From assembly GCA_017442535.1 (NCBI GenBank), contig JAFRZL010000044.1:2205-66204 (forward strand): a stretch of 64,000 nucleotides of DNA, in the 5' to 3' direction. Each line of letters begins with the position of its first letter. The stretch's first letter is position 1. Positions 37,201-44,946 of this stretch are shown here, piece by piece. A model generated the notes under the pieces. It was not told where the DNA came from. It saw only the letters and a list, made by a program, of their open reading frames with translations, and did no database searches. Both the position numbers and the translations under genes were made by a program. The stretch is from Bacillota bacterium. GTDB lineage: Bacteria; Bacillota; Clostridia; Lachnospirales; Bianqueaceae.

Positions 37201-38599
37201 CAGGCGCCTCGTCGAAGCTTTGCTGCGGCTGAATACCCCCGGCGCATCCCCGTCCGGCGAGTCCGTCAATCTGCGCACGGTGCGCAGCCAGATCGACGCC
37301 CTCGAACCCGAAGCCGCCTACGCCCTGGCCGACCGCTGGGTCAGATCCCTGACCGATGCCTACAGCGTTATCCGCGGCCCTATTCCCGCTGCCCGTGCCG
37401 GCGACCTGGCCGCTGCCCTTTTGAAACGGGCCGATACGGCCGTCAAGCTGCTGCAGAGCGCCCCCACCGAGGAGCTGCGCGAAAGCCTGCATGCCGATGT
37501 GGAGCGCCTGCGCTTCCTCCTTGGCGAATGCGACCTCAGCTCGCGCCGCGCGCTTGAGACGGCCGGGAGCCTCGCCGCAGACCTGCTCCCCGCGGACGAA
37601 AAATCCATTTTCGCCAATTCCAAGGAGCTCGTGGATGAATATCAGGCCCTCAACGCTTCTTTGCAGAAAGCCCGCTCTTTCTTCAGCAGTAAGCAGATCG
37701 ACCAGGTGCTTGACCAGTTCCGGGACGGCTTCCTCCGCTGCCTGCGCCGCCATCATTTCTACAGCTATCTGATCCCCGCAGAAGCCAGGCTCGACGCAGT
37801 CGAAAACGGGCCGCTCGCCTGCCGTATGCGCGTAGACGAATCCACCGATCCCGCGGACAAGATCACGGCCTATCTGTCCCTGATCACCGCTTCACCCGAA
37901 AAAGACCTGCCCAGGGGCGAGCTGCAGGTCTATCTGCAGGAGCTCGTCACTAAGCAGGCCTCTGACATCCCGGCTGAATTGCTGGACTATTGTATGACGC
38001 TCGGGCTTGAGCAGAATCATCAGAATCCTGCCCACCAGCTGCCCTACACCGGCGGGCTCTACCCGCTCTGGCTGCATCTGGGCGCTCCCGATCCGGCCCA
38101 GGCCGGTCTGGACGGCAGGATCCCCGCCGCGGGGCGCCAGATCTACCGCCGCCTCTCCGCGAGCTTTGTCGTCGAGGATGCGCCCATCCATCCGGAGAAA
38201 CTGCGCGTGCAGGTGCAGCGCGAGGATTCCGATCCGCTGCACCAGGCTTTCGCGTATCTATGCCTCGCCATCACCGCCGGGGGCAGGACTCTCTCACGCG
38301 CCGCCAAGCTGCTTGAGATGGCAGAATCTGCCCTGGCCGCAAGCCCGGACCCCGCGCCCGAACTGGCTTTGGCGCTGATCCGCACCCGGATCATTCTTCA
38401 CTGCCTGGACGAGGCATCCTCTCCCGAGGCTCTCTCCGAACTGCTGGACGAATACCGTGAACGTACACAGACCGCCATGCCCGGCACCTCGCCGGAAGCT
38501 GTCCGCGAAGCCATGGCAAAGCTCCCGGTCGCGGCCTATGCGAGGCTCTGGCAGACCACGCTACGGCATCAGATCCCGCCTGCCCTTGCACGGCTATAA
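34271..38599 (+). CDS. Large STAND/NACHT-like P-loop NTPase (1,442 aa) with unassigned N- and C-terminal regions
   Basis: A 4.3-kb uninterrupted ORF with GC3-rich codons and an AGGAG RBS 9 nt upstream. Walker A-like EEGMGKSS at nt 35189-35212, Walker B-like KLLIILDG at 35456-35479, and a NACHT-like CILLTDRPD at 35561-35587. The coding call is firm. The function is inferred. Confidence 0.8.
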   Translation: MMHSEALYPAAARLGELCTNGLFLNLRGFPEPLRLCYQQLRTRIREEALPGACLLLAEMAGICIRFPLLAACSLALHAEAPLSDKKRALGLLNDSGTLAGGLREFFRAHPQDVGAHLLDVADDALRTFSAEPFTGWLGRATSGAYLEMRRTEAASSLLAQLTSLNGHLQRAEGFYALLRDYADEDGRSFRYLEQSLRPDPFILFQDRDILLAEHYDTASGKVFFRSPVSGYLTLMDIPELTQILRTAEDGSAVEEVPTPDAFPEYGDPAQLESVHQPSDYIRPGYLDQWLSRGLAHRDHGYLYLEMEEGMGKSSYVAMLDPDSPYYTPTTLFANYHIIIHTMTIAPQTWEGRALADLLNGLEGAPRPLIWTDSVADMRRALAEWLHDYAAAHPERKLLIILDGLQYIERPTEEGLLTALLPRAGQLPPGVCILLTDRPDPEAAVHAAWLHRLDPEAVIGVFKHDHPQYQQLFRVYLTQYLLHASGEDNPLVTALGEYLQGDFAMAHTLRDVYYLCRPDPHTSVRQLAMQFPTQEDLLHLYLDRVHALYGPKWGIMLDEMLVALAMLPRPATQEELFRAMPDHPSPEAFYSLLRDLRPFIYLTAGRRITFSGNTALFFIYSYLAADWKLLCERILDERRLLLGSAPDAYALPERLQNLPVYAASVPWDNHRELLIHLGRSLAPKASRSDSLPSDVLDYYNLQSGNFRHEGENPLRLETIAALSLSPDTNDRLTACRRMDSLRGTIHYDRATYELYCRRYEERLAADQPLSAAVITALAAFRRKNDYPKENAFLWHTEYLSRGALYEALKNESARLPGKELSTADPREIAYVREKYPQLADRLQALISDYDAAPAEPRGIAALQEAAVLSHQMMSFGETALVTLLPVLCIRDAQPETGAYFGVIRDTLNRVYQLRQEIFARIEAYGAALRPETDYREPLYAPDTREIRRRDLLARDLFQWLMTFTRYQRMQYYADRTPDRRLVEALLRLNTPGASPSGESVNLRTVRSQIDALEPEAAYALADRWVRSLTDAYSVIRGPIPAARAGDLAAALLKRADTAVKLLQSAPTEELRESLHADVERLRFLLGECDLSSRRALETAGSLAADLLPADEKSIFANSKELVDEYQALNASLQKARSFFSSKQIDQVLDQFRDGFLRCLRRHHFYSYLIPAEARLDAVENGPLACRMRVDESTDPADKITAYLSLITASPEKDLPRGELQVYLQELVTKQASDIPAELLDYCMTLGLEQNHQNPAHQLPYTGGLYPLWLHLGAPDPAQAGLDGRIPAAGRQIYRRLSASFVVEDAPIHPEKLRVQVQREDSDPLHQAFAYLCLAITAGGRTLSRAAKLLEMAESALAASPDPAPELALALIRTRIILHCLDEASSPEALSELLDEYRERTQTAMPGTSPEAVREAMAKLPVAAYARLWQTTLRHQIPPALARL

Positions 38600-39466
38600 T
38601 GATTGATTTAGGTAATACAGATAGACTTCTTCCAGACCCGTATGACTGTCCTCCGGAGCAAAACCCTCCGGCGGGCAGTCCCCAATGATCCTGACCCGGA
38701 GCTTCCCCTCCCCGGCATGGAAAACATTGCTGATCCGGTACTGCTGCTGCAGTTCCGGGAGCTTTGATTCCTCAATCATGCCTTCGGAGACTTTGCCGCG
38801 GATGCTGGCAACCAGTTCCGGGACGCTGCCTTTGATCAGGACTTTGCCTTCCGAAAGCAGCAGAACCTCTCCTGCGATTCCTTCAATATCGCTGACTACA
38901 TGGGTCGCAATCATGACGATTTTGTTGCCCGCGATCTGCGAAATATAATTACGGATGCGGATGCGTTCTTCCGGATCCAGCCCCGCGGTCGGTTCGTCTA
39001 AAATCAGCACCTCGGGATCACCCAACAACGCCTGGGCCAGCATGACCCGCTGCTTCATCCCGCCCGAGAAGCTCCGGATCCGCTGGTCTTTGTTTTCGTG
39101 CAGATTGACCACGCCGAGCAGCTCGTCGCTCTGCCGCCTGGCTTCGCGCGGCGCGAGCCCCTTCAGTCCCGCCATGTACTGTAGGAAATGTCTTGCGGTG
39201 AACTCTTCGTACATGCCCTGCTGCTGGGGCATATAGCCAACCTTCCCGCGGAAAGCCTGCCCCAGTTCCAGGATATCCGTCCCGTCATAGGTAATGGTAC
39301 CGGCGGTGCGCTTCAGGTTGTCGGTCAGCAGATTCATCATCGTGCTCTTGCCGGCGCCATTCGGCCCGAGGATCCCGTAGACCCCGGCACGGAATGTCAG
39401 ATTCACATGGTCAAGCGCCACTTTGCTGCCATATTCCTTGGTCAGATCTTTCAAAACAAGTTCCAT
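38594..39466 (-). CDS. ABC transporter ATP-binding protein (ABC-2/DrrA-type)
   Basis: Walker A GPNGAGKST, signature FSGGMKQRV, Walker B VLILDEPTAGLD. Confidence 0.92.
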   Translation of the reverse strand: MELVLKDLTKEYGSKVALDHVNLTFRAGVYGILGPNGAGKSTMMNLLTDNLKRTAGTITYDGTDILELGQAFRGKVGYMPQQQGMYEEFTARHFLQYMAGLKGLAPREARRQSDELLGVVNLHENKDQRIRSFSGGMKQRVMLAQALLGDPEVLILDEPTAGLDPEERIRIRNYISQIAGNKIVMIATHVVSDIEGIAGEVLLLSEGKVLIKGSVPELVASIRGKVSEGMIEESKLPELQQQYRISNVFHAGEGKLRVRIIGDCPPEGFAPEDSHTGLEEVYLYYLNQSL

Positions 39467-39481
39467 TCCGTCCCTCCTTCT

Positions 39482-41746
39482 CTACCGGGTCCGTACCCAG
39501 TGTTGCCGTGCGTAAATCCCTCCACAGGCACCTAATATCATCACAGCCGCAAAGCCCAACCATGCGGCCCCTGGTTTGTTGATCACGATTTCCATCCACT
39601 CCAGCAGTCCGGGCAGAGTCGGATCCGTCCGCCCTCCCCAGATGTTCAGCACCACGCCCGGAGCGATCAGCACGATTATCAGGATGAGCAGCGCCGCCGG
39701 AAGCGACTTGCATCCGGCGGAAATCCCCATAGTGAGGATCCCTGCCGCCATCAGCATGGCCAGCCGCAGGCCATAGATCAGGATGATCCAGCCGCGGATC
39801 GACAACCCGATCCCCGTCCCCGCCATAAAGGAAAGGTTGCAGACCGGCGCTTCCGGGATCTGTAGCTCCTTTGCCTGCCGGATAAAATGCAGGAACTGCC
39901 AGCCGTAGATCAGGAGCCACACCCCTGCGGAAAGGGTCAGCGCCACGATTGTCTTCCTGCGGATCCACTGCGCTCTCCCCTGCGGCACCGCCCGGAGCAG
40001 CAGTATAGAAGCCCTGCGGTTATCGTAAACACCGATCCCCGCGAGGAGCAGCAGTACGCCGCCAAGCGAAAGCACTGCGTCCAGCAGCCCTTCCGACCGG
40101 GTTACCTTTGGATCGAGCAGCAGGCGGTAGGTGTTCTCCGGCACGATATAGGCGGCCGCGCCGCCCGCTTCCTGCCGGGCCAGGCCGTTCTCCGCCAGTT
40201 CAAAGATCTTCTGCAGTTCAACGGTGGAGACTTCCAGCGACTGGATCAGTTCCCGGAGCTGTTCGGAAGGCGTCTTGGCTGCGGCCTCCGCGTTCAGTTT
40301 GTCCAGGTTCTCACTCCAGGCCTGGATCTGCCGGTCGATTTCCTCCAACCTCTCGGAAGTGACCTGTCCGCTGTACTGGGTGGCCAGCTGGTCGTGAACG
40401 ATATCGCTATCATACAGGAAAAGTGTGGGCACATGCAGTGTCAAAATCCGCAGCACAACGAGCGCCGCGATCAGGATCCAGCCTTTCTGCGGGATCAGCA
40501 CCTTGTAGAATTCGTTATAAAGCCGTCCGGGGGCGGTAAAAACCCGGGACAGTCCACCGCCCATCCTCCGGAGCAGCCGCGCAATCGGCCCCATACTGGT
40601 TCTGGGCCGTGATCCGCTTTGCCTGAGCAGATTGCACACACCTAGCACCAGCGACAGAATCCCCAGCGAGACCGCCGCGAAGGACACCGCCTGCACCAGC
40701 AGTCCCCACCAATACACATTGTAATAATGCGTCAGCCACTGTATCTGATCAATTCCATAGAACAGATTCACGTATTTGAGGGGCGCCATGATACTGTAAT
40801 CCGGGACCGTACTGTACAAGACATATTCCACGGCCGTAAAGATGCCAAGGATCAACCAGCTGAGCGCTTCGGTCCCGGCAAACGACAGCAGCAGCCAGAA
40901 AATCATTCCGATGAAAAACGCTCCCAGGATCTTGCCTCCCAGATAGATCAGCACCATCCCACCCATCCGTACCGGTATCCACTGTCCGCGGAACATCAGC
41001 ACGGACTGCACTGTCCGCCTCATATCAGGCATCTCGCCATAGATCGCTGCGTTGCAGAGAAACCTCGCTCCAAGCATGATCACCGTGCCCCCTGCGGCGC
41101 CCGCAAACAGGATCAGCAAACGCTTCACAGCCAGCCGCAGCCTCCCTTCGCGGGTCGCATAGACCAGCTCGTGCATGCCCCGCCGTCTCTCCTCCGTCAA
41201 TACCAAACAGAGCAGCGCGATCCAGATCACCAGCAGATAATCCGGCAGACTGACCTCAAAAAAGCCGTTCCAGACCAGATCCGAATCAAGCCTAAGCTCA
41301 ATCTGCCCCAGGCGGCCGTAATCCACGTACGTCTTCACAATATTCTGATAGCTTACCGACTCCGGCCGGTTGAAAAGCGGCGACTGACTGAGCTTTTCAG
41401 CATGCTCCTGTATCTGTACCAGATATTCAGGGTAGCTCTGGATGTGCTCGATCTGCGCCTGCAGATCCTGCGCCACTACCTGTTCGAGTGTAAAAACCAC
41501 ATGCCGGTCGTACCGGCCCTTTTCGTTAAGCGGTGGCATCATGTCCTTGATCGCGACAAGCGCTTCCTCAAGGCTCATCCCCTGATACCGCTCGAGCTGG
41601 GCATGGTATTCGGCTGTATATGCCCTCAACCGGCGGTCGGCCTTCTGCTGCGCGCTCCACCAGCCGGACAGCACAATAAGAAGGATTGCCGCAAGCAACC
41701 CTCCCCATACGCGCACACTTCCGAAAACTCTCCTCATCTCATTCAT
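39482..41746 (-). CDS. Large duplicated ABC-2-type permease-like membrane protein (754 aa)
   Basis: Two similar modules, each with one TM, a helical extracytoplasmic domain of about 130-170 aa and about 5 TM. It sits 15 nt upstream of the ATPase gene. Confidence 0.78.
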   Translation of the reverse strand: MNEMRRVFGSVRVWGGLLAAILLIVLSGWWSAQQKADRRLRAYTAEYHAQLERYQGMSLEEALVAIKDMMPPLNEKGRYDRHVVFTLEQVVAQDLQAQIEHIQSYPEYLVQIQEHAEKLSQSPLFNRPESVSYQNIVKTYVDYGRLGQIELRLDSDLVWNGFFEVSLPDYLLVIWIALLCLVLTEERRRGMHELVYATREGRLRLAVKRLLILFAGAAGGTVIMLGARFLCNAAIYGEMPDMRRTVQSVLMFRGQWIPVRMGGMVLIYLGGKILGAFFIGMIFWLLLSFAGTEALSWLILGIFTAVEYVLYSTVPDYSIMAPLKYVNLFYGIDQIQWLTHYYNVYWWGLLVQAVSFAAVSLGILSLVLGVCNLLRQSGSRPRTSMGPIARLLRRMGGGLSRVFTAPGRLYNEFYKVLIPQKGWILIAALVVLRILTLHVPTLFLYDSDIVHDQLATQYSGQVTSERLEEIDRQIQAWSENLDKLNAEAAAKTPSEQLRELIQSLEVSTVELQKIFELAENGLARQEAGGAAAYIVPENTYRLLLDPKVTRSEGLLDAVLSLGGVLLLLAGIGVYDNRRASILLLRAVPQGRAQWIRRKTIVALTLSAGVWLLIYGWQFLHFIRQAKELQIPEAPVCNLSFMAGTGIGLSIRGWIILIYGLRLAMLMAAGILTMGISAGCKSLPAALLILIIVLIAPGVVLNIWGGRTDPTLPGLLEWMEIVINKPGAAWLGFAAVMILGACGGIYARQHWVRTR

Positions 41747-41751
41747 GTTTT

Positions 41752-42075
41752 TTACTCCAAAGCAGGATACTCCTCCGTCATAAAATCATACGCCTCCGCA
41801 AAAGTCATGCTGCGGTATTCATAATTTGCCCGCGCGGAAAGCCCGCTTCCCGTAATCGTTTGCTTCACCAGCACGATTTTGTCAGCAGTATACGTCAGTT
41901 CCTGCCACTCTGTTTCCAACCTGCCTACCCTGTACATCGAGTGCTTTTGTAAATCATAATAATAATCATCTCCGGTCTCCATATCCCTGATTGGGATCAA
42001 TCCCGCCTGAAACAGGCCATAGTAATTGTCCACATACTCCCCGACAGAAAAGCATCCTTGCCACTCATCCATCAA
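41752..42075 (-). CDS. Hypothetical small protein (107 aa)
   Basis: TTG/ATG start preceded by GACAGGAGC. It lies 5 nt upstream of the permease gene, is AT-rich and has no recognisable motif. Confidence 0.5.
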   Translation of the reverse strand: MMDEWQGCFSVGEYVDNYYGLFQAGLIPIRDMETGDDYYYDLQKHSMYRVGRLETEWQELTYTADKIVLVKQTITGSGLSARANYEYRSMTFAEAYDFMTEEYPALE

Positions 42076-42092
42076 GGTCTGCGCTCCTGTCT

Positions 42093-43016
42093 TTAGGTCC
42101 TGCTGATATAATTGGCTGATACCATCATCGACATTGCATACCAGAAGTGGTCCGTTATAGAAAGCTGCGCTTTCCCGCGAAGGCTCCCCCTGCCAGAGCC
42201 TATTTCTTTATTCTCCTTAAACGAATAATACATGAGTTCGTCCGAGACCGGTGAGGCAGCACCATCTATGTACTCACCATATACAAGCAGATGCCACGTA
42301 ATCCCGTCCCTTCCGACACCGCTGATGAAGATGGCCGTCTCCAAATCGCTCTCAACCCGATACAATTCGGTCAGTTTATCGGCCGTCAAATCCCACTCCA
42401 CCACACGGCGGATCCACTTCCGGACGGCACGGCTGTGCCTATCCTGATATACAGCCACCGGCCAGGAACAATATAACTTGTTCTGAAATAAGACAGCCTC
42501 CATCAAATATGCATAACTGTCCTGATAGTCCATCTCCTGAGAGCAAAGGAGCTTACGTTCGCGCGTCTCCAGATTAACCTCTGTAATCGAAACAACCTCG
42601 CGATCCATATACTGCTGTCCACTTTGCTCAACTGAATACGAATCTTCCAATACAAGAATCCGGTCTGCATCATACGCCAGCACCGCTGATCTATAGGGGA
42701 AAAGTGCCGGACAATCCGGGTTTTCCCCCGGCTGATGGGTACAGCCCGGATTCCAGCAAACGGCTTGAGTCGTCCCGTCCTTCAGATTCACAGCTGTTAA
42801 TCGAAGACGGTTTTCCTTGCCGGGCGCCTCCGTTGGCTCCATGTAGATAATGATGCTGCCATCTGTTGCTACCGCGTCATAGACACTGCCCGCGCCGGTT
42901 CTGCCGCACAGAAAAAAACATTTGTTATCGGCCTTGTCTTCCACCGGTCTCCAGGAAGAGCAGCCGCTGAAGCATATACTAAGTAGGCTTAATAATATGA
43001 GGATGTGCTTTTTCAT
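42093..43016 (-). CDS. Hypothetical lipoprotein (DUF5050-like motif)
   Basis: Lipobox MKKHILILLSLLSICFSGC. The Cys/His motif CWNPGCTHQPGENPDC resembles that of the 12909-14273 lipoprotein. Confidence 0.7.
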   Translation of the reverse strand: MKKHILILLSLLSICFSGCSSWRPVEDKADNKCFFLCGRTGAGSVYDAVATDGSIIIYMEPTEAPGKENRLRLTAVNLKDGTTQAVCWNPGCTHQPGENPDCPALFPYRSAVLAYDADRILVLEDSYSVEQSGQQYMDREVVSITEVNLETRERKLLCSQEMDYQDSYAYLMEAVLFQNKLYCSWPVAVYQDRHSRAVRKWIRRVVEWDLTADKLTELYRVESDLETAIFISGVGRDGITWHLLVYGEYIDGAASPVSDELMYYSFKENKEIGSGRGSLRGKAQLSITDHFWYAMSMMVSANYISRT

Positions 43017-43078
43017 TTGGTTGTCACGGTCAAAAGTGATAGGTTTTTAAACACACCAACAATCCTGGTTCTTTTAGA

Positions 43079-43438
43079 CTAATGATATATATACACATAC
43101 TGTGAATATACTGGTCCAGGATATGTCAGCCAATATTTCACTTCTATTTTTGCCCAACTGGTTGTCTGTGTCAGCACAGGTGGATATGGATCGCAAAATT
43201 CAAATATTTGTGGATTTGAACCCGAGACGGTTTCTAGCCAGACAGCATTAGGATCTATATGCTCGCCTGTGCCGTCTGTAACAATATAATAATTCACCTT
43301 AACACGTGCTCCTGTGTCTAGAATTACAATAACATAATCATAATAAGATGAATATTCCTCCACCTCCGGTCCGCCCTCGTTTACCTCAATCTCTGCAGCA
43401 CTTGTTCCAAGCGGGAAACAAAGCATCAATAACAGCAT
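43079..43438 (-). CDS. Hypothetical secreted protein (119 aa as listed; the signal peptide appears disrupted at an A6 tract)
   Basis: The hydrophobic N-terminus MLLLMLCFPLGTSAAE lacks a charged n-region. An upstream ATG at 43469 would restore MTLKRILVVWMLLL... if the A6 tract were A5. Confidence 0.55.
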   Translation of the reverse strand: MLLLMLCFPLGTSAAEIEVNEGGPEVEEYSSYYDYVIVILDTGARVKVNYYIVTDGTGEHIDPNAVWLETVSGSNPQIFEFCDPYPPVLTQTTSWAKIEVKYWLTYPGPVYSQYVYIYH

Positions 43439-43575
43439 CCATACAACAAGGATTCTTTTTTAATGTCATTTTTTATAATAAATACCCCCTATAATTATAG
43501 CTTCTTTATAAACATCATATCATGCCTTCTATTTCCTGTCAAGCAGAACATGCGCACCCCATTCCTTTTTTTATT

Positions 43576-43605
43576 AAAGCCAAGCTGACTATCTGCTTGG
43601 CTTTT
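43576..43605 (-). terminator. Hairpin downstream of the PHP gene
   Basis: Stem AAAGCCAAGC / GCTTGGCTTT with T/A-rich flanks. Confidence 0.55.
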
Positions 43606-43642
43606 CATTAATCATAATAATATTCGAAAAACTGATTATTTC

Positions 43643-44440
43643 TTACTCTTCAAACACTCCTGCGTCCATCGGCAGATACCGTACGATCTGAAGCCCGAAT
43701 CGGTCCGAGAGTGCCTGCGCCGCGGCCTCGGCTTGCTCGTCCCCGATTGCTTCGGGCTTGTGCGCGTCCATCCCCCAGATCACGTCGCAGCCTTCCTCGC
43801 CCACGATCCGCCAGAAATCAGGATTCGGATAATGGCGGTGCGTGGCGATGCCCAACAGATTGATCTCCAGCGGCACGCGGTACTTTTTTGCATACCGGCA
43901 GAGCTTGTGCGTCTCGCGCTCATAGATCTCAGGATCTCCCACATAATGCATCAGGTCCGGATGCGCGAAATACGCAAAACGACCGGTCGCCATCCCTTCT
44001 CCAGTCAGCTCGACATAGCGGTGCAGCAGCTCCGCGTCCCCGGTCTCGCGTCCGCAGTATTTTCCTTCGTATTCCGGGCCCAGAAAATGCTGCCCCAGGA
44101 TAAAGTATTCCACGCCCGCATCATCCGCGCGGCGCATCAGTTCGTCAAACATACCGGGCATATATTCGGCTTCGAGCCCCAGATGGATCGTGATCTCGCG
44201 CGAAAATTCCTCCGCGAGGCCGCGAACGACCCGCGCATAATTCGGCAGCTCCTCCATCGGCATCCGCATGCCGGACACAAATCCCGCGGGGTAGGGCTGA
44301 GGCGAATGATCCGCAAAGCCGAAGACGCGGACGCCTTTCAGGATCGCCCTCTCCACATACTCTCTCTCCGTCCCTACCGCATGCATGCAGCGCGTTGTAT
44401 GCGCGTGATAGTTGGCCTTAATCATCGATTCGTTTTCCAT
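43643..44440 (-). CDS. PHP-family histidinol-phosphatase-like hydrolase
   Basis: The start is set at the ATG at 44440 (MENESMIKANYHAHTTRCMHA...). PHP His motifs include ...FGFADHSP... and ...FAHPDL.... Confidence 0.85.
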   Translation of the reverse strand: MENESMIKANYHAHTTRCMHAVGTEREYVERAILKGVRVFGFADHSPQPYPAGFVSGMRMPMEELPNYARVVRGLAEEFSREITIHLGLEAEYMPGMFDELMRRADDAGVEYFILGQHFLGPEYEGKYCGRETGDAELLHRYVELTGEGMATGRFAYFAHPDLMHYVGDPEIYERETHKLCRYAKKYRVPLEINLLGIATHRHYPNPDFWRIVGEEGCDVIWGMDAHKPEAIGDEQAEAAAQALSDRFGLQIVRYLPMDAGVFEE

Positions 44441-44445
44441 CCGCG

Positions 44446-44889
44446 TCACCTTCTGCCTTCCACGGCAATAGCAATGCAAGCCGTCAGATACACGATGCTG
44501 AAAGCCGTAAGCGCCCACGCCCGCAGGAAAAGCCCTGTCAGGAGAAACGCGGCGCCTGCCAGGATCTTCATGGCCGTCAGCAGTTCAGCGTGCCCGCCCC
44601 GTCTCATGTACAGGTTCCAGACCACATAATAGGCGATCAGCAGTCCAAGCATCAGCGCTGCCCACCAGAGGAAAGCATTTGTGGACGTAAATCCGAATTC
44701 CAGGCCGTTCACAAGCGGCACCACCATCAGGATCAGGCTGCCGTACAGACCCACTTTTTCCACCACTGTCCACAGCAGCGAAGCGCCCGTGCCCCGCATG
44801 CTGCGGCGGGCAAGCGCCATCAGCAGGTTCGGAAGCATCAACATCAGCACGACCGCGGCCGTAAAACAATTGACCCAGTTCAGCCGCAT
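44446..44889 (-). CDS. Hypothetical membrane protein (147 aa, 4-5 TM)
   Basis: Hydrophobic ORF ending 5 nt before the PHP gene start. Confidence 0.6.
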   Translation of the reverse strand: MRLNWVNCFTAAVVLMLMLPNLLMALARRSMRGTGASLLWTVVEKVGLYGSLILMVVPLVNGLEFGFTSTNAFLWWAALMLGLLIAYYVVWNLYMRRGGHAELLTAMKILAGAAFLLTGLFLRAWALTAFSIVYLTACIAIAVEGRR

Positions 44890-44946
44890 TTTATCTCCTC
44901 CGTCCTCTGCAAATCTTCATTCGTCATTCACTCGGCCCGGTCACTC

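Noticed and set aside
34487-38591. Multiple 60-405-aa ORFs on both strands inside the STAND gene, for example 35174-36391 (minus) and 37049-37756 (minus)
   Set aside because: All are nested within or antisense to the single 4.3-kb ORF, are Arg/Pro/Gly/Ala-rich, and lack starts with an RBS. They are consistent with the very high GC of this gene.
41752-43016. The possibility that the 307-aa lipoprotein and the following 107-aa ORF are one gene split by a frameshift
   Set aside because: The 107-aa ORF has its own GACAGGAGC RBS and a TTG/ATG start 17 nt after a clean TAA stop. I saw no continuation of similarity across the junction. They are kept as separate genes, with low confidence for the small one.
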